Shown here in pieces: positions 26,031-40,005 of a DNA stretch of 49,667 bases; the first letter of the stretch is position 1, and the number at the start of each line of letters is the position of its first letter. The notes below the pieces were generated by a model that had not been told where the DNA came from, did no database searches, and saw only the letters and a program-made list of their open reading frames with translations. Origin of the DNA: Octopus bimaculoides (taxonomy: Eukaryota); assembly GCF_001194135.2 (NCBI RefSeq), contig NC_068986.1, forward strand, positions 14,955,578-15,005,244. Direction: 5' to 3'. A program made the translations under genes and the position numbers.

Positions 26031-27417
26031 GCCTGAAAAGACACAAGAAATGCTAAGACACTATTGTGTACCTGTCGGACATATGTCCCTCCCTCTAGGG
26101 CTGAGTAACAGCCATTTCATAAGCGTCCGTCCTCTCTGTCCCGCCCTATACAGTAAGGTTACGCATGGTTGTTGGAAGCTCAAGCACTTGTACGTTCATT
26201 TCACAAGCAGGCTGTTCCGTTAATAGGAGTAACTGGAACCCTCGTGATCGTAAGTGATGGAGTGCCAGTTTTTTTTCTTTCTTTTCATGAAATTTCCTCG
26301 AGCAGTATCAAAGTGCCATCGTTTTCATTTGATTTTAATTTTGCAGTAAGTAAAGCTCAGAAACCGCTTATATTTTAGAGGGCCTGGTACTCGACGGTGG
26401 CCATTCTTGGACAGCGCGTGAAGGGTGTAGTGGAACAAATAGCTCCATAACTCATACGATAGTTATTATATAAATTTCATTTGTCAATCCACTAAGTTAT
26501 GGGGAAGTAACAAACAACACCAGTTGTCAAGGGTCCTTAAGGGACAAATATAAAACCCGAAGACATGCTCATACGTACACACACACACACCCACACACAC
26601 ACACATACACACACACACACATACACACACACATACATACACGCACGCACACACACACACACGTACACACACACACACACATGTGACTGGTGCTTTATTT
26701 TGACAGTAATAAAACGTAAGTGTTGATCCCGACAGGAGCTGAATTCAGAACAAGGTGAATCGGAAGAAATACCAGAAAGCATTTGTCCGGCACACTAACA
26801 ATTGTATCAACACACTGCCTTTGGTAATACTGATAAAGGAATCAATACAACCGAAGAAAATGAGAAAGGAAGTAGGCACGGCAACTGCAGCTAGCTCTAG
26901 ATGGCAATGGTTGATAATAGACAGCAACTGGGACTCTGCCGTAGGTGAAGACTATCTCAGTCCTCAATGCTCCGCTTAGGTGATAGGGACAGATTATCAG
27001 AGAAAACACTTGCGACCCTGACATACCTTCTGACGATACGAAAAGGTTTTCAGCATTGCAGTGAATATAGAAAAAATTACAAAACATCTCGGTAGCTCCT
27101 GAAATTTGTGAGTGGGGCAAAGCATCTCTGATATTAATTTCACTAATATTGGCAACCAATTTTGTTACAATGCCTGCAGTTTTACAGAAAGGCCGTTAGT
27201 CTATGTATCAACGCCAGTCTTCGATTGCTACTTAATTTTATTGACCCGAAATAAATGAAAGTGAAATTTGATATCAATGCGATATGATCTCAGAACATAA
27301 ATATCTAGAAGCAGTATACTTGGTCCGATACACACACTGGATTCATCCAGCTCACTGCAATTCTTATTACAAATGATTATTGTAAGTTCTGCTACGAAGC
27401 CTGCGATATCACGGGTA

Positions 27418-27590
27418 GCAGGTTAGTTGATACATCGACCGCAGTTTTCGGCTGGTAATTTATATCATCAACTCAGAAACAACGAAAGGTAAATTTGACC
27501 TTTGCAAGATTTGAACTAAGACCAGGTTGCCGGAATACATGCTGTTAAGCATATATCCGACGTACTAACGACCTGGCGGCTCACCGCCTT
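27418..27590 (+). mobile_element. SINE body/tail module
   Basis: GAAAGGTAAATTTGACCTT..GATTTGAACT..GTTAAGCAT..CTAACGA..GCTCACCGCCTT. Confidence 0.6.
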
Positions 27591-28046
27591 TCCTACAACT
27601 AATAATGGTAGTTATAATAAAGTGTTTTTAATGTTTGTTGTCATTTTAAACTAACCGTCTTACTTCTTATCGTTTGTTTGCTCTTTATGTGTTTTTAATT
27701 TTTTTTCCCACTTGTAATTTTATATTTTGATATTATTTTTCTTGCATTTTATTTGCTGTACGCCATTTTCTTTTCATTTTAATCGCTGTTTATTTATTTA
27801 TTTATTTACATATTTTTATAAAATGTTAATTTCATTTTCATTCTATTTGGCTCATTAATTTGACTCTATTCAGATGAACGTGTGTATGTATGTGTATATG
27901 ATTATGTATGCATGTAGGTGCACATGTTTGTGCATATAAAGACTTGTGTACAAACGTACGCGTCTTTATAGCCCCTACACCTCTCACCTCTTTCATGCTC
28001 TTCCTACGTCTCTCACTCTGTCTCGCTCTTTCTCTCTCTCTCTCCA

Positions 28047-28082
<36 letters not shown>

Positions 28083-30348
28083 NNNNNNNNNNNNNNNNNN
28101 NNNNNNNNNNNNNNNNNNNNNNNNNNNNNNNNNNNNNNNNNNNNNNNNNNNNNNNNNNNNNNNNNNNNNNNNNNNNNNNNNNNNNNNNNNNNNNNNNNNN
28201 NNNNNNNNNNNNNNNNNNNNNNNNNNNNNNNNNNNNNNNNNNNNNNNNNNNNNNNNNNNNNNNNNNNNNNNNNNNNNNNNNNNNNNNNNNNNNNNNNNNN
28301 NNNNNNNNNNNNNNNNNNNNNNNNNNNNNNNNNNNNNNNNNNNNNNNNNNNNNNNNNNNNNNNNNNNNNNNNNNNNNNNNNNNNNNNNNNNNNNNNNNNN
28401 NNNNNNNNNNNNNNNNNNNNNNNNNNNNNNNNNNNNNNNNNNNNNNNNNNNNNNNNNNNNNNNNNNNNNNNNNNNNNNNNNNNNNNNNNNNNNNNNNNNN
28501 NNNNNNNNNNNNNNNNNNNNNNNNNNNNNNNNNNNNNNNNNNNNNNNNNNNNNNNNNNNNNNNNNNNNNNNNNNNNNNNNNNNNNNNNNNNNNNNNNNNN
28601 NNNNNNNNNNNNNNNNNNNNNNNNNNNNNNNNNNNNNNNNNNNNNNNNNNNNNNNNNNNNNNNNNNNNNNNNNNNNNNNNNNNNNNNNNNNNNNNNNATA
28701 TATATGAAGTTTAGATTAGTTGAAATATATGTAGATGCGTATGTATGTGTACGTGCCCGCACGCGCGTGTTTTATATATAACTGTGTATGCGTATAACTG
28801 CTTATATAAATATGTTGATATGCAGGATTATGTAACATATATATATATATATATATACAATATAAGCTTTCTTCTGTGAGTGCGTATGGGTGTGTATAGG
28901 AATATGTGTGTGTGTGTGTGTGTGTGTGTTTGTGTGTGTTTGTGTGTGTGCACGCGTGTGTGTGTACTCTTGTGCGCTCTATAAATGAAAGTCGTTTTAG
29001 TATATTCAGTTATTCAGAAATATGACACTATAACAAATTTGCGTATTATTTTATTTTTATATTTAGTTTTATTATTAATATTCCAATTTTCGGTACGTAT
29101 TTTTTTCTTTTTAATGTTATATTATTCATATATTTTAATATTACATTGAATTTGAAAGAAGAAAAATTCGTCATCTTAAGATTTTGTTTACTTTTAGTGT
29201 CTGCTTAAAATGACTGAAGTTCTCTCAATCTAACTCAGCAAACATTTTATTTTTGTGTCGTCTGCTTGCCTTCTTTAACCGGCGTCATCGTCCGTCATTC
29301 AAACTCTCTCACGCATAAACTCTCTTTATCTTTTACTATCGCTTTATCTTCTTTAATTATATTTCTCAACACAAAGTTTTGTTTCTTTGAGGTATTTATT
29401 TTTTATGTAGTCCTTTTATTCTTTCTTCCTTTCTGTCTTTCCTTATTTCTCCTCTCTCTCACACACACACGTGTATGTCATTTAAACACGAATTTGCAAA
29501 GTCTCACTCACTCTCACTCTCTCTCCTTAAGTAGATCTGCGTTTCAACATTTTATTTTATTTTTATTGAGCTACATGTCATTAAACTATTTTTTTTTTTT
29601 TTAATGCTAAAAATGTGAAATGACGTTTGCTATGTTGACGTTGCGAAATCATTGTTGGTTCAAATGCCATGAAAACGAGTCTTTCACTTTCTAGGAATGA
29701 TATACGTTAGTCTTCATTCATTTATCTTGTACTTGTTTTAGTCATTAAACTGCAGACATAATGAGACAGAGATTTCCAAGGTTTTGGTCGAACCAATCGC
29801 ACCAGCACTTACATGTTTTAAAGTACGAAGCTGATTCTGTCAGTTCCTTTACACGAAATGCGAATTTACGGGGACACAAACAAAGAACCGAATGTCAAGC
29901 AGGGGAACATACGCAAACACAGGGCCCTGCATATGCATAGATATACATATATAACTATGATTCAGTTGAATTAGGTTCTTCAATTGAGGCACCTTGCTAT
30001 TTCGGTATAGTCCGCAGACTTCAACAATACTACTTGAATATTGAATATTAAGACACCGTGTAAGGGTGTTTGTACCTAATATTCCTGCCTTGCGTGCAGA
30101 AAACGCAACCCAGGTAAGTGAAGATATCCACTCTTGGTAATTCACACATGTATTTTTTATATATGTTTTCTTTTTATATAAAGGTACTTTTTATAGTAGT
30201 TCCGAAGAGCAGATTCCAAGTTAGGTAAACAGAATATCAGTAAGTAATAAAGGTAACAAGGATGAACACGTGTCAAACACCTTGCTAAACACATGTACAT
30301 CTTTGTTACTTATTTAGATATATCTATAAATATTCAAACTTAGAGATA

Positions 30349-30611
30349 CATAGTGTTGAGTCAAAAGTTTGGCAGTATTTTGGTGAATTATTTACTTTAT
30401 TTAGCCAGCCACAATCAAAGCAGTCACACATTCAAAGTAGAGAACATCTTCTTGCACCGTCTGCAGACATCGTGCTGCCAGTTCTTTGATCCCACGCTGT
30501 TAGTTATTGTTCTTCGAGGAGAATAACATCTTCACTAAAGCTTCCGCCTCCTCTTGGTTGTTAAAGAGTCGCAAGCGCAGGAAGCAAACCATTGATTAGA
30601 ACGAATAACAA
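30349..30611 (-). pseudogene. mariner (DD34D) transposase C-terminus and putative 3' TIR
   Basis: Minus: FLRLRLFNNQEEAEALVKMLFSSK..QRGIKELAARCLQTVQEDVLYFE. Confidence 0.7.
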
Positions 30612-31005
30612 TCGCAGAAGAGATGGTTTTTTTCCGCACCTCTAACGGGCGTAGATAGTAGTTAAACAAACGTCAGTTTCCAGAGCCTGTCGCCAAATAC
30701 AGGCGTTTCGAACATAAGGTGATGGTCTGCGTCTGCTAAGGGTTAATTCATTACGACTTCGTTGTGGATGATCGAACCATCCAAGCCAATCTGTACTACG
30801 AACATCCGCAGCGAATATATGCAAATATGCCGCAAAATTACCTGGAATTAATAAACAAAAAGCTAGCTCCTCTGCTGCAAGGCAACGTAAGACCTCATAT
30901 CGATTGAACGACCTGGAATAAACTCTAGGAACGTGCAGGACTCAAAATGATATCACACCTAGTGTACAACCCGGACCTAGCTCCCTCTGGTTATTACATC
31001 CGAAA
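30612..31005 (+). pseudogene. mariner (DD34D) catalytic-domain fragment, opposite in orientation to its C-terminus
   Basis: PEPVAK..KVMVCV..GLIHYDF..LLQGNVRPH..HLVYNPDLAPSGYY, matching QDNARPH and YSPDLAPSD. Confidence 0.8.
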
Positions 31006-32230
31006 CCAACCCATTATACTAGCGTCAGATATGCAGGAGGAACAGATGTTCCAATAATTTGAACTGAGAATGTAAAAGTACAAAGGGAAATTTCAGAATG
31101 TGTTCACCCAGAAACTCGAGCGTTTCTAAAATTCGATTGACTTCATATTAATCTTAGTGATTTCTTGAGTTGGCCTAAGGGCAAAGTTGTTCCAACAACA
31201 TCACCATATATCAAATCAACAAATGCTTGCGGTATTGTATTCTCGTCACCTGTCTTCGAAATATCGAATAACTTTCTGACACTTGCCAAATTCTTTTAAC
31301 CCTTCGTTATTTAAAACAAAGTTTATCAACCACAAGAGGCCGAAAAGAATTTAAGCATACAATACAAAAGGCCTTAACTACAAATGATTTAATCTATGTT
31401 GAAGCGGTTGAAACAAAGATTTGTCTCACAATGCTGTTTCAATAATTTCTGAGTCTTTAACTTTTGTATATCCCAATTTCATGTTGCGTATCTCTGTAAA
31501 TAACACTAGTATACATACGATTCGTTCCTGTATTATAGAGAAAACGTTTCCAAAGTACATAACCTGACGCTGACCACTATAGCAGTCGTCGGCATAGATT
31601 GCTCTGTTTTGTGTAATAACACTGGTGTTGCGTGAAATGTGTCCATTAATGAGCTCATAATCTTGTGCTGTCTCACTAAGATGTTTTGAGCCTTAATGAG
31701 CAGTCCCATATATGTAAGATGGACATGGACCTGGACCTACTGCATAGTCAAAATTTTTAAACTGTAGACTAGTGCAAGCACCCTTTCGGTCAATATGCAT
31801 TTATGGTTGTGAAACACAGACTGAACAAATACACTTCTCTTTGGTCCTGGCTCATTTGTTCAATCCTTTGCTGATTTCTTTCCTTCCTATGCCGTAGGAT
31901 ACGCTCCCTCTCCTCTTGGTTTATTTCGTGTCATCTCACAGGATTTTGATTCTTTTTTACCTCCCGCTATTCCTCACGAAACCGTTCTCTCCTTCTACCT
32001 ATACGTTTTAGTGTTGCATCCCTCATGCGATTATGCATATCTTAAAGCTTGTTATTAAAACAATAAATCTCCAAAATGATTCAGAGTGTTTCAACTGAAA
32101 AACATACACGAATGTGTTAGACAGGTTTTATTTAAAAGATGAAAATATTTCTGAAACACTATCCCAATATGCAAGGACACAGAATATAGGATACGGTAAT
32201 TAATTATATTGTAGGAAAGTAAAAAGTAAT

Positions 32231-32762
32231 GGGAAAAAATAGAATTGTTATTATTTATTTTGTTCGACTCAATGAATTGAATTTTTTTTAATGTTTTCGT
32301 CAATTGCTTGATACAAGAAAAAAAGAAATTGGAAAAATCCTGACCAAAACAGAGAAAGTCTAACTTAACAAAATACGTAGAAAAAGTTGCGATTATTTCC
32401 ACCACGCGACACTTAGTATCGCACACATACACACACACATACTTTCATATATGTCTGTGTGTGTGGGCGTGTGTTTTAGTTTTTTGTTTACTTATACACA
32501 TCAACAATGAGCCAATTGAACAACTCTGTGTGGTCGTTCAATTTGCTAGAAATAACAGCCACATCTCTCTCATTCTATGCTCTCGTTCGTATTAAGTAAA
32601 GGGAAAAAAATAGAATTAATATTCTTGATTTTGTTCGGCTCTATGAATTTATTTTTTTTGTTTTGATGTTTTCGTCCATTACTTGATAAATGAAAAAAAG
32701 AAATTGGAAAAATTCTGACCAAAACAGAAAAAAAATGTGACTTAGCAAAAAATATAGAAAGA
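32231..32762 (+). repeat. Two diverged ~160-bp direct repeats (32231-32390, 32601-32762)
   Basis: Both read GGGAAAAAA.TAGAATT..TTTTGTTCG.CTC.ATGAATT..GATGTTTTCGTC..AAAAAAGAAATTGGAAAAAT.CTGACCAAAACAGA. Confidence 0.85.
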
Positions 32763-33020
32763 GAAAGAAACGGTTGTCTCTCTCTCTCTATATATATATA
32801 TAGACAACCATTTCTTTCGCTTTCTATACAGATGTTGTAAAGAATGACCGGTAGAGCGGAGATGGCACGAGACCGAGGTGAATTTGTCCAGCCTGATGGT
32901 TAGGAGGTATTCTGCGAACCGGTCAGCCAAGCGACGTCCCCTTTGACCGACGTCCAGAGTGAGCAGGAGATGCAGTAGATGATGCTGCTAGAAGTGCAGG
33001 TGAAGGAGTCAGTGATAGAC

Positions 33021-33178
33021 ACAGCTGTGGCTGTGTGGTAAGAATCTTGTTTCCCGACCATATGATTCCAGGTTCAATCTCACTGCGTGGTACCTTGTGT
33101 AAGTGTATTCTACTACAGCTTCGGCCCGACCAAAACATGTGAGTGCATTTGGTAGATGGAAACTAAAAGAAGCCCATC
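33021..33178 (+). mobile_element. tRNA-derived SINE (family B) ending in (AC)n
   Basis: GCTGTGTGGTAAGAA head, B box CAGGTTCAATCTC, and a body matching the reverse complement of 47448-47606. Confidence 0.8.
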
Positions 33179-33224
33179 ACACACACACACACACACAGAG
33201 ACATGTCTTAATCTTGGTGTGTCT

Positions 33225-33400
33225 TCGTGGCTGAGTTTGTCTGCGTCACCATCACCGCTTCACAAATGGTGTTGGTGTGCTTACATCTCCGCAACTTAGC
33301 GGTTCGGCATCAGATACCAATAGAATAAGTACTAGGCTTTAAAAATATAAGTACCAACGCCGATTTGTTTGGCTAAAGCCTTCCATGGTAGTAAAATGAC
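33225..33400 (-). mobile_element. SINE body module C
   Basis: Reverse complement of ..AACTTAGCGGTTCGGCA..TAGAATAAGTACTAGGCTT; matches 47250-47427. Confidence 0.65.
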
Positions 33401-33425
33401 TGAAACATTTAAAAGAATAAAAGAA

Positions 33426-33495
<70 letters not shown>

Positions 33496-33684
33496 AGAAT
33501 GTTCTCTATGTGGCTTGTGTGTTTTCTCGTCTCTGTTTTGTTTGCAATGTCCTGTACCCAGATATGCACCTATACATACAGGTGGATGTCGGTATGCACA
33601 TACCTGTACGTATGTATGCATATACTCATTTACTATTTGTTTATATATATATATATATATGTATATTTATACATATATATATAT

Positions 33685-33726
33685 ATATGTGTGTGTGTGT
33701 ATGTGTGTGTGTGTGTGTCTGTGTCT

Positions 33727-33813
<87 letters not shown>

Positions 33814-33815
33814 TG
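33685..33815. repeat. (GT)n microsatellite abutting the mariner 5' end
   Basis: Direct reading. Confidence 0.95.
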
Positions 33816-33817
33816 TG

Positions 33818-34990
33818 TAAGGTCATTAAGAATGAAATGTCCGATTTTGTTATACACCAATTTTGACAGTCGTTAACTCTAACGTTTTATCCTAATATTT
33901 TTGGGGATCACAACATTGAAGAGTTACATCATCAATTTTCGAAATGAAATTCATGGTGACTGATTATATTGTGTATTTTCTGTTGTAAATCAATTTTTGT
34001 GAACTCCTGGATAGATTAAAAAATTCGTGTTGTTTATGAATGTGAGTTCTGTCGTGGAAGCAATGCAATCCAGACAACTGCAAACATCAATGAGGTGTGT
34101 GTTGAAGATATGGCGAAAGAGCGCACGGTTCGTCGATGCTTTGAGAAGTTTAGGTCTGGTGACTTTATTCTTGAAAATCAAACCTGTGGTAGGCCTGAGA
34201 GCAAGGTGGATAATGATGACCTAGAAACTGTAGTGGAAACGGATACATCTGAATCTCCGCATGAGTCAGTAGCAATGTTTGATGTTTCGATTCCAACTGC
34301 ATTGGACCATCTGAAACAAATCGACAACTTAAAGAAATTGGACAAGTGGCTACCACACGAACTTGGTGTTCTTTACTGCCACAACATAAAAGCGTACAAT
34401 ATTTGCATCGTATTGTTTCGCGTGATGAAAAATGAATTCTTTTGAACAATAGCAAGCGTTCTCCGCGGTGGTTGGATAGAAACGAAGTGCCAAAACACAA
34501 TCCAAAAAACAATATTCACTAAAAATAAGTTAATGGTGTGTGTTTGGTGGTCCAGCGCTTGTGCCATACACTACAGCTTCGTGAGACCTTTGTAATTCAA
34601 TTACAGTGGATGTTTTCATCAACCAACTGAATGAAATGATGAGTGAACTTACATTTAAACAACCGAGATTGGTCAATAGAGAGAGGCCAATTCTCCTGCA
34701 AGTGAAGCTCGACCGCATGTTGCGCAAAGAACGCTACCTAAGCTACAGAAACTGAACTTGAAAGTAATATGTCATCCATCATATTCACCAGAACGTGCTC
34801 CATGAGATTGTCACGTTTTCCAGGCATTAGACAATATTTTGCGAGGAAAAAACTTCAAATCTGAAAAAAATGCAAAAACAGTCTATTGAGATTTCATTTG
34901 CTCTCCAAAATTCTTGGCTGTTGACATAAATAAAGTACCGATAAAATGGCAAAACTGTGTTGATAATTAATGTGTATATTGTGATATATA
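33818..34990 (+). mobile_element. mariner (Mos1-like, DD34D) transposon relic
   Basis: ERTVRRCFEKFRSGD..GRP..VDNDDL..KKLDKWLPHEL (WVPHEL), KLMVCVWW, ARPHV, PSYSPERAP*DCHVF. The first-D segment is deleted and there are many stops. Confidence 0.9.
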
Positions 34991-36299
34991 AAATAAACCT
35001 GGTGAGATATAAAACAAAAGCTAGGACACGTTAAAATGATATGTGATATTTTGTGATATTATGTCATATTTTTGTAATTCACTCTGCTCAATTAATCTAC
35101 AATCATCTTGTGTAGAGGGTAAATAGAACATCCGTTAAATGAAGAATAAATTTCGAGAACGGACAACTGATGCCTATGATCCTCGGGAAGATATGAACAA
35201 CTTACTGTCAGCCTTAATCCAAAACCAAATATGTAACCTAATAACAACACATAATTTCCTCGCTCGTCTATTCTAATTTAAAGTTTGATCAAAAATATTA
35301 ACAGGCTGGAGCAAGATATTTTTATATCGCCACTCTCCATTAAGCATGTCAATCGCTTTAAGAATAAGATATACGATTTCTCTAGCAATATGGAAACATT
35401 ATAGAACCTTAAAAAGGAAAAAGAGGATATAAAGTTACATATCTCACCCTTCTTGTGACTTCTCATTCGTTGCAAAAATCAATTTAACTAATTTTTTTCT
35501 TCATTTCCTTTACTATTTTTTTATATAAGCATTTCCACGCTACGCACATGCAGAAGAGCTTCTCCAACAGACACCATAACGAGATACAACTGCATATCAA
35601 ACATAAAAGACCATCATATAGCACAGACTTACAACCACAAGAACACGGGAAGAAGTTGTTCATGCACTTCCGCTTATCTTTCATACAGTTTCGATACAGC
35701 ACATTCCAGGGACAAATTGCCCGAGATGACACGCAATTGCATAGAATAACAATCACGTTTTAAGTAGATTGCTAATATATCTCTTAACATCCTCTTCGTT
35801 CTCGGTTTTTTTTTCTTCTCTCATTCCTTAATACGGTTATCACGTCCTTCAACTCTTTATCCGTGATCACTTCCTTTTTCTATCCCATTAATTACTTCTT
35901 TGCTTTACCTATATACTCTTACTCCCCCACCCCACATCACATACTTCCACTCTCACATTTCCCCCTCTCCCAATCTTCCTGTCTCTCTCGAATCCTCCCT
36001 TCCTCCCTCCCTCCCTTCCACTCTTCTTCACTTTCTCTCTAACTCTAGATCTCTCTGCTTCTCGTTTTTGTTCGCTTTCTTTCTTTCTTTCTTTCTTTCT
36101 CTGTCTCTCTGCCTCTGTCTGTCTGCCTCTGTCTCTCTTTCTGTTTTACTCTCGCTGTATCTTACTGACAAATTACGTTTGTATAACTCTCTGCCGATTT
36201 ACATTCATCTATCTATCTATCTATCTATCTATTTATCGATCTATCTTTCTTGACGGACGTGCTGTCACATCGGCTGCAGAGGTAAATGTTTATTTGACC

Positions 36300-38312
36300 A
36301 TTTATTGCCCACATTTTGTTGCAATTTTTGTATATAAGGTGTGTGAAGAACCCAACTTTCTTTTTATTGTGTTTTCAAGGTAGGAATTGGCCCTTAGGGG
36401 CAGTTTCAACCTTTTTAAAATTACATATTTTCTTCTCGACATTGAAAAATGTCGAGAAACATAGTCATAGAACGCTGGACAGAAACTTTGATGAACGAAC
36501 ATTTTCCTAGACTTGAGAACAAAAAAATAAATCATGCACACGCACACACGCCAAAACAAGAACAGACATAGAAAAAAAGAATGAAGCAACAGATTCTAAA
36601 GTCAAAGCTATCAACGTCATGGATACTGTTAACAGCCCTGTCACCACCACCAACACCAACAACAAAAACAAAACTGTAACCAAGGTTACAAAACCATGCG
36701 TAAAAACCGTCACAAATGTCTCTGACGTAAGCACCTTTGCTGCTGACGCCATCATCACCAACACCAACAACAACAACAACGACAACAACAAGAACAGTAG
36801 CAGCAGCAGCAGCAGCAACAGTTCAACTCAACCTTTGCTCTCTTCACCAGCAGCAAGCGAAAGAGAGGAAGGAAAAATGAATAGAAGCCACAACACCACT
36901 GACACAGTCAAAAATACCACATCTGCCACCAATACCAGTGATAGCNNNNNNNNNNNNNNNNNNNNNNNNNNNNNNNNNNNNNNNNNNNNNNNNNNNNNNN
37001 NNNNNNNNNNNNNNNNNNNNNNNNNNNNNNNNNNNNNNNNNNNNNNNNNNNNNNNNNNNNNNNNNNNNNNNNNNNNNNNNNNNNNNNNNNNNNNNNNNNN
37101 NNNNNNNNNNNNNNNNNNNNNNNNNNNNNNNNNNNNNNNNNNNNNNNNNNNNNNNNNNNNNNNNNNNNNNNNNNNNNNNNNNNNNNNNNNNNNNNNNNNN
37201 NNNNNNNNNNNNNNNNNNNNNNNNNNNNNNNNNNNNNNNNNNNNNNNNNNNNNNNNNNNNNNNNNNNNNNNNNNNNNNNNNNNNNNNNNNNNNNNNNNNN
37301 NNNNNNNNNNNNNNNNNNNNNNNNNNNNNNNNNNNNNNNNNNNNNNNNNNNNNNNNNNNNNNNNNNNNNNNNNNNNNNNNNNNNNNNNNNNNNNNNNNNN
37401 NNNNNNNNNNNNNNNNNNNNNNNNNNNNNNNNNNNNNNNNNNNNNNNNNNNNNNNNNNNNNNNNNNNNNNNNNNNNNNNNNNNNNNNNNNNNNNNNNNNN
37501 NNNNNNNNNNNNNNNNNNNNNNNNNNNNNNNNNNNNNNNNNNNNNNNNNNNNNNNNNNNNNNNNNNNNNNNNNNNNNNNNNNNNNNNNNNNNNNNNNNNN
37601 NNNNNNNNNNNNNNNNNNNNNNNNNNNNNNNNNNNNNNNNNNNNNNNNNNNNNNNNNNNNNNNNNNNNNNNNNNNNNAACACCACCACCAACATCAAAAG
37701 ATAGACCAACACCAATACCAAGAACAACAACGAAGAAAACAAACATCAACGAAGAAAAAACAAATGCAAAACCTAAATCCCCAACAACACACACACCACA
37801 CAATACAGGCATAGAACCTGATGTCTTGCCCTTACCCCCTTCTGATCTGTCGGACTTTTCGTCAAACGATGACAGTCCAGTGGAATGGCAGATAGCCACA
37901 GGGAGTAAGAGAAAAAAGATTAAAAAAGACAAAACCAAACACAAACAAAGCAGGGAGGTACACAAACCCTGAAAGCCCCTTACACAACCAAACTAACACC
38001 AACACCAACACCACAAAAACGCATACAATGCTCTCGGCCGTAAACACGAAAGACATAAAATTAATGAATGATATTGCATCTCACACAAACATATGTGAAG
38101 ATGACCTGAAAACAAACAATCATCCAAGAACAACACCACCAGAACATATAAAAATATTACATTTGACACCAACACAGCACCACACACTCAAATCCCTCTA
38201 TCCAAATGCGGTAGGGGGTTTCCAAAAATTCCTCTCTAAAAAATTATACAAAGACTTACTCCAAGACACTTCTAAGGAGGAACAGTGTAAAACTGTCGAA
38301 ATGATTAAGTAA
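36300..38312 (+). pseudogene. Probable ORF1 region of the L1/Tx1-type LINE (Thr/Asn/Lys-rich, spans a gap)
   Basis: A/C-rich open stretches end 38 nt before the ORF2 ATG. No domain is recognised with confidence. Confidence 0.4.
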
Positions 38313-38349
38313 CCTTCTCTCTCGTCTCTTTACGCTTTTCGACTAAATT

Positions 38350-40005
38350 ATGCTTAAAATAGGTTGTGTAAATGTACGTGGCTTGGCGTCAGCTTGGAAG
38401 CAAGGCTATTTTCTAAATGACATCACGTCACAGAACATAGAAATAATAGCTATCAGTGAAACCAGACTCAGTAACCCGCGGGCCCTCAAGTCCATGTTTG
38501 GCGCACAATTCGACATTTATTTTTCTCCCTGTCTGCCAAACATGGGTGGTGGTGGTACCGCGGTGTTTTTTTCGGAAGAGTCTGAACCTAAAAGTAAGGC
38601 CAATATTCCTAGACCCAGAGGGTAGGCTGGTTGTCTTGGACATCGATGGCACAAACGGATGTGCTTTCTGTCTGATGGCAGTGTATGCACCGTCCTTAAC
38701 GGGTCGGGCGGATTTCTTTAGACGTCTAGAGGTTTTCCTGGGAACGTCAACACCTTTACTATTAGTAGGGGACTGGAACGCTACCTTGGACACGCATCTA
38801 GACTATGTGGGAATGGATAGGGGTAGAAGGGGATGTAAGTACCTTAAATACCTGCTCAGACGTTTCCATTTGTCTGACAGGTTCCGACTCGACCATCCGA
38901 ACGTGCCAACGTGGACTTGGACAAACCGCGTCGGATCGTCGAGATCGTATCTGGATAGTTCTATGTAGGACAGCGGATAGAGATAGTGTAGGATGACCAC
39001 AATTTAAAATAGTCAGCTACACGGATCACAAATTTGTGACGTGTACGCTCGACTTAGATAAGACACATAGGCAGGGTCCCGGATACTGGAAACTGAACGC
39101 TTCGCTCTTAGCGCGGCAGGTTTACAGGAACCGGATTAGCGAATTAATTAAGAGGTCGTTAACAGAAGCCATCGTTAACAACCGATGGTGGTTTGCCCTG
39201 AAAATAGCAATTAAATCGGAATCTATTAGGTTTAGTAAAGAACTAGCGATAGATCGAAATAGAATAGAGGGAGACTTAGTCAAGAAACTAGAAGAGGGAC
39301 TTACAACTGGCAGCGCAACCAACGTTTTGGCTGCGAGGATGGCCCTCGACCAACACCTCAACGCCAAACACGAAAGTTGCGTCGTCAGAGCTAAAATGCG
39401 TGCCTTAAGGGACGAAGGGATCGAAGCTGCGCGAGAAACCCGGGTGGCGGAGGCGCAACGCGGTGACAGAGCCACTATTCGGTCTCTAATCGATGAACAG
39501 GGATGCAGTTTACTCGAACCCGAAAGGATGTGTGGGGCCTTTCAACAGCACTTTGCTCGTCTGCTTGGTGCGAGCGGTGGGTCGGAACGCAGGATGGACT
39601 TCAGTGCCTACCTGACCGGCCTGCCGCTGCTCACGGCGGGGGAAGCAGAGTGTTGTGAGGATCCCATCACAGCTGCTGAAGTAAGGGATGCGATGGCGGG
39701 CTGCGCGAGGGATAAGTCGCCTGGATTGGATGGTGTACCCTACGAGCTGTATTGCCAAATGCCTGACTTGTTTGGAGACCTCTTGGCATTAGTCTACTGC
39801 AACTGGCAACACAACGGGAGAATTCCCAGTTTCGTGAGCCGAGGTGCAGTGACATTGCTGAAGAAAGACCCAAACAAGGGGAATTTTATAGATAATTTCA
39901 GGCCCATCACTCTGCTCAACGCAGATTTGAAAATTTTGGCCAAAGTAATAGCCGAGAGGTTGGCGCTTGTCATCGATAAACTGGTCGACAAGGCGCAAAC
40001 ATGCG
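38350..40005 (+). pseudogene. L1/Tx1-clade LINE ORF2: APE endonuclease + N-terminal RT, frameshifted, 3'-truncated
   Basis: MLKIGCVNVRGL, IAISETRL, AVYAP, LLVGDWNA, SYLD, TDHK, GPGYWKLNASLL, KSPGLDGVPYELY, NFRPITLLNADLKILAKV. It ends before the YADD motif. Confidence 0.93.

Noticed and set aside
27029-27045. CTGACGA-TAC-GAAA
   Set aside because: There is no room for stem II.
26842-27159. 105-aa minus-strand ORF
   Set aside because: No recognisable motif or splice support.
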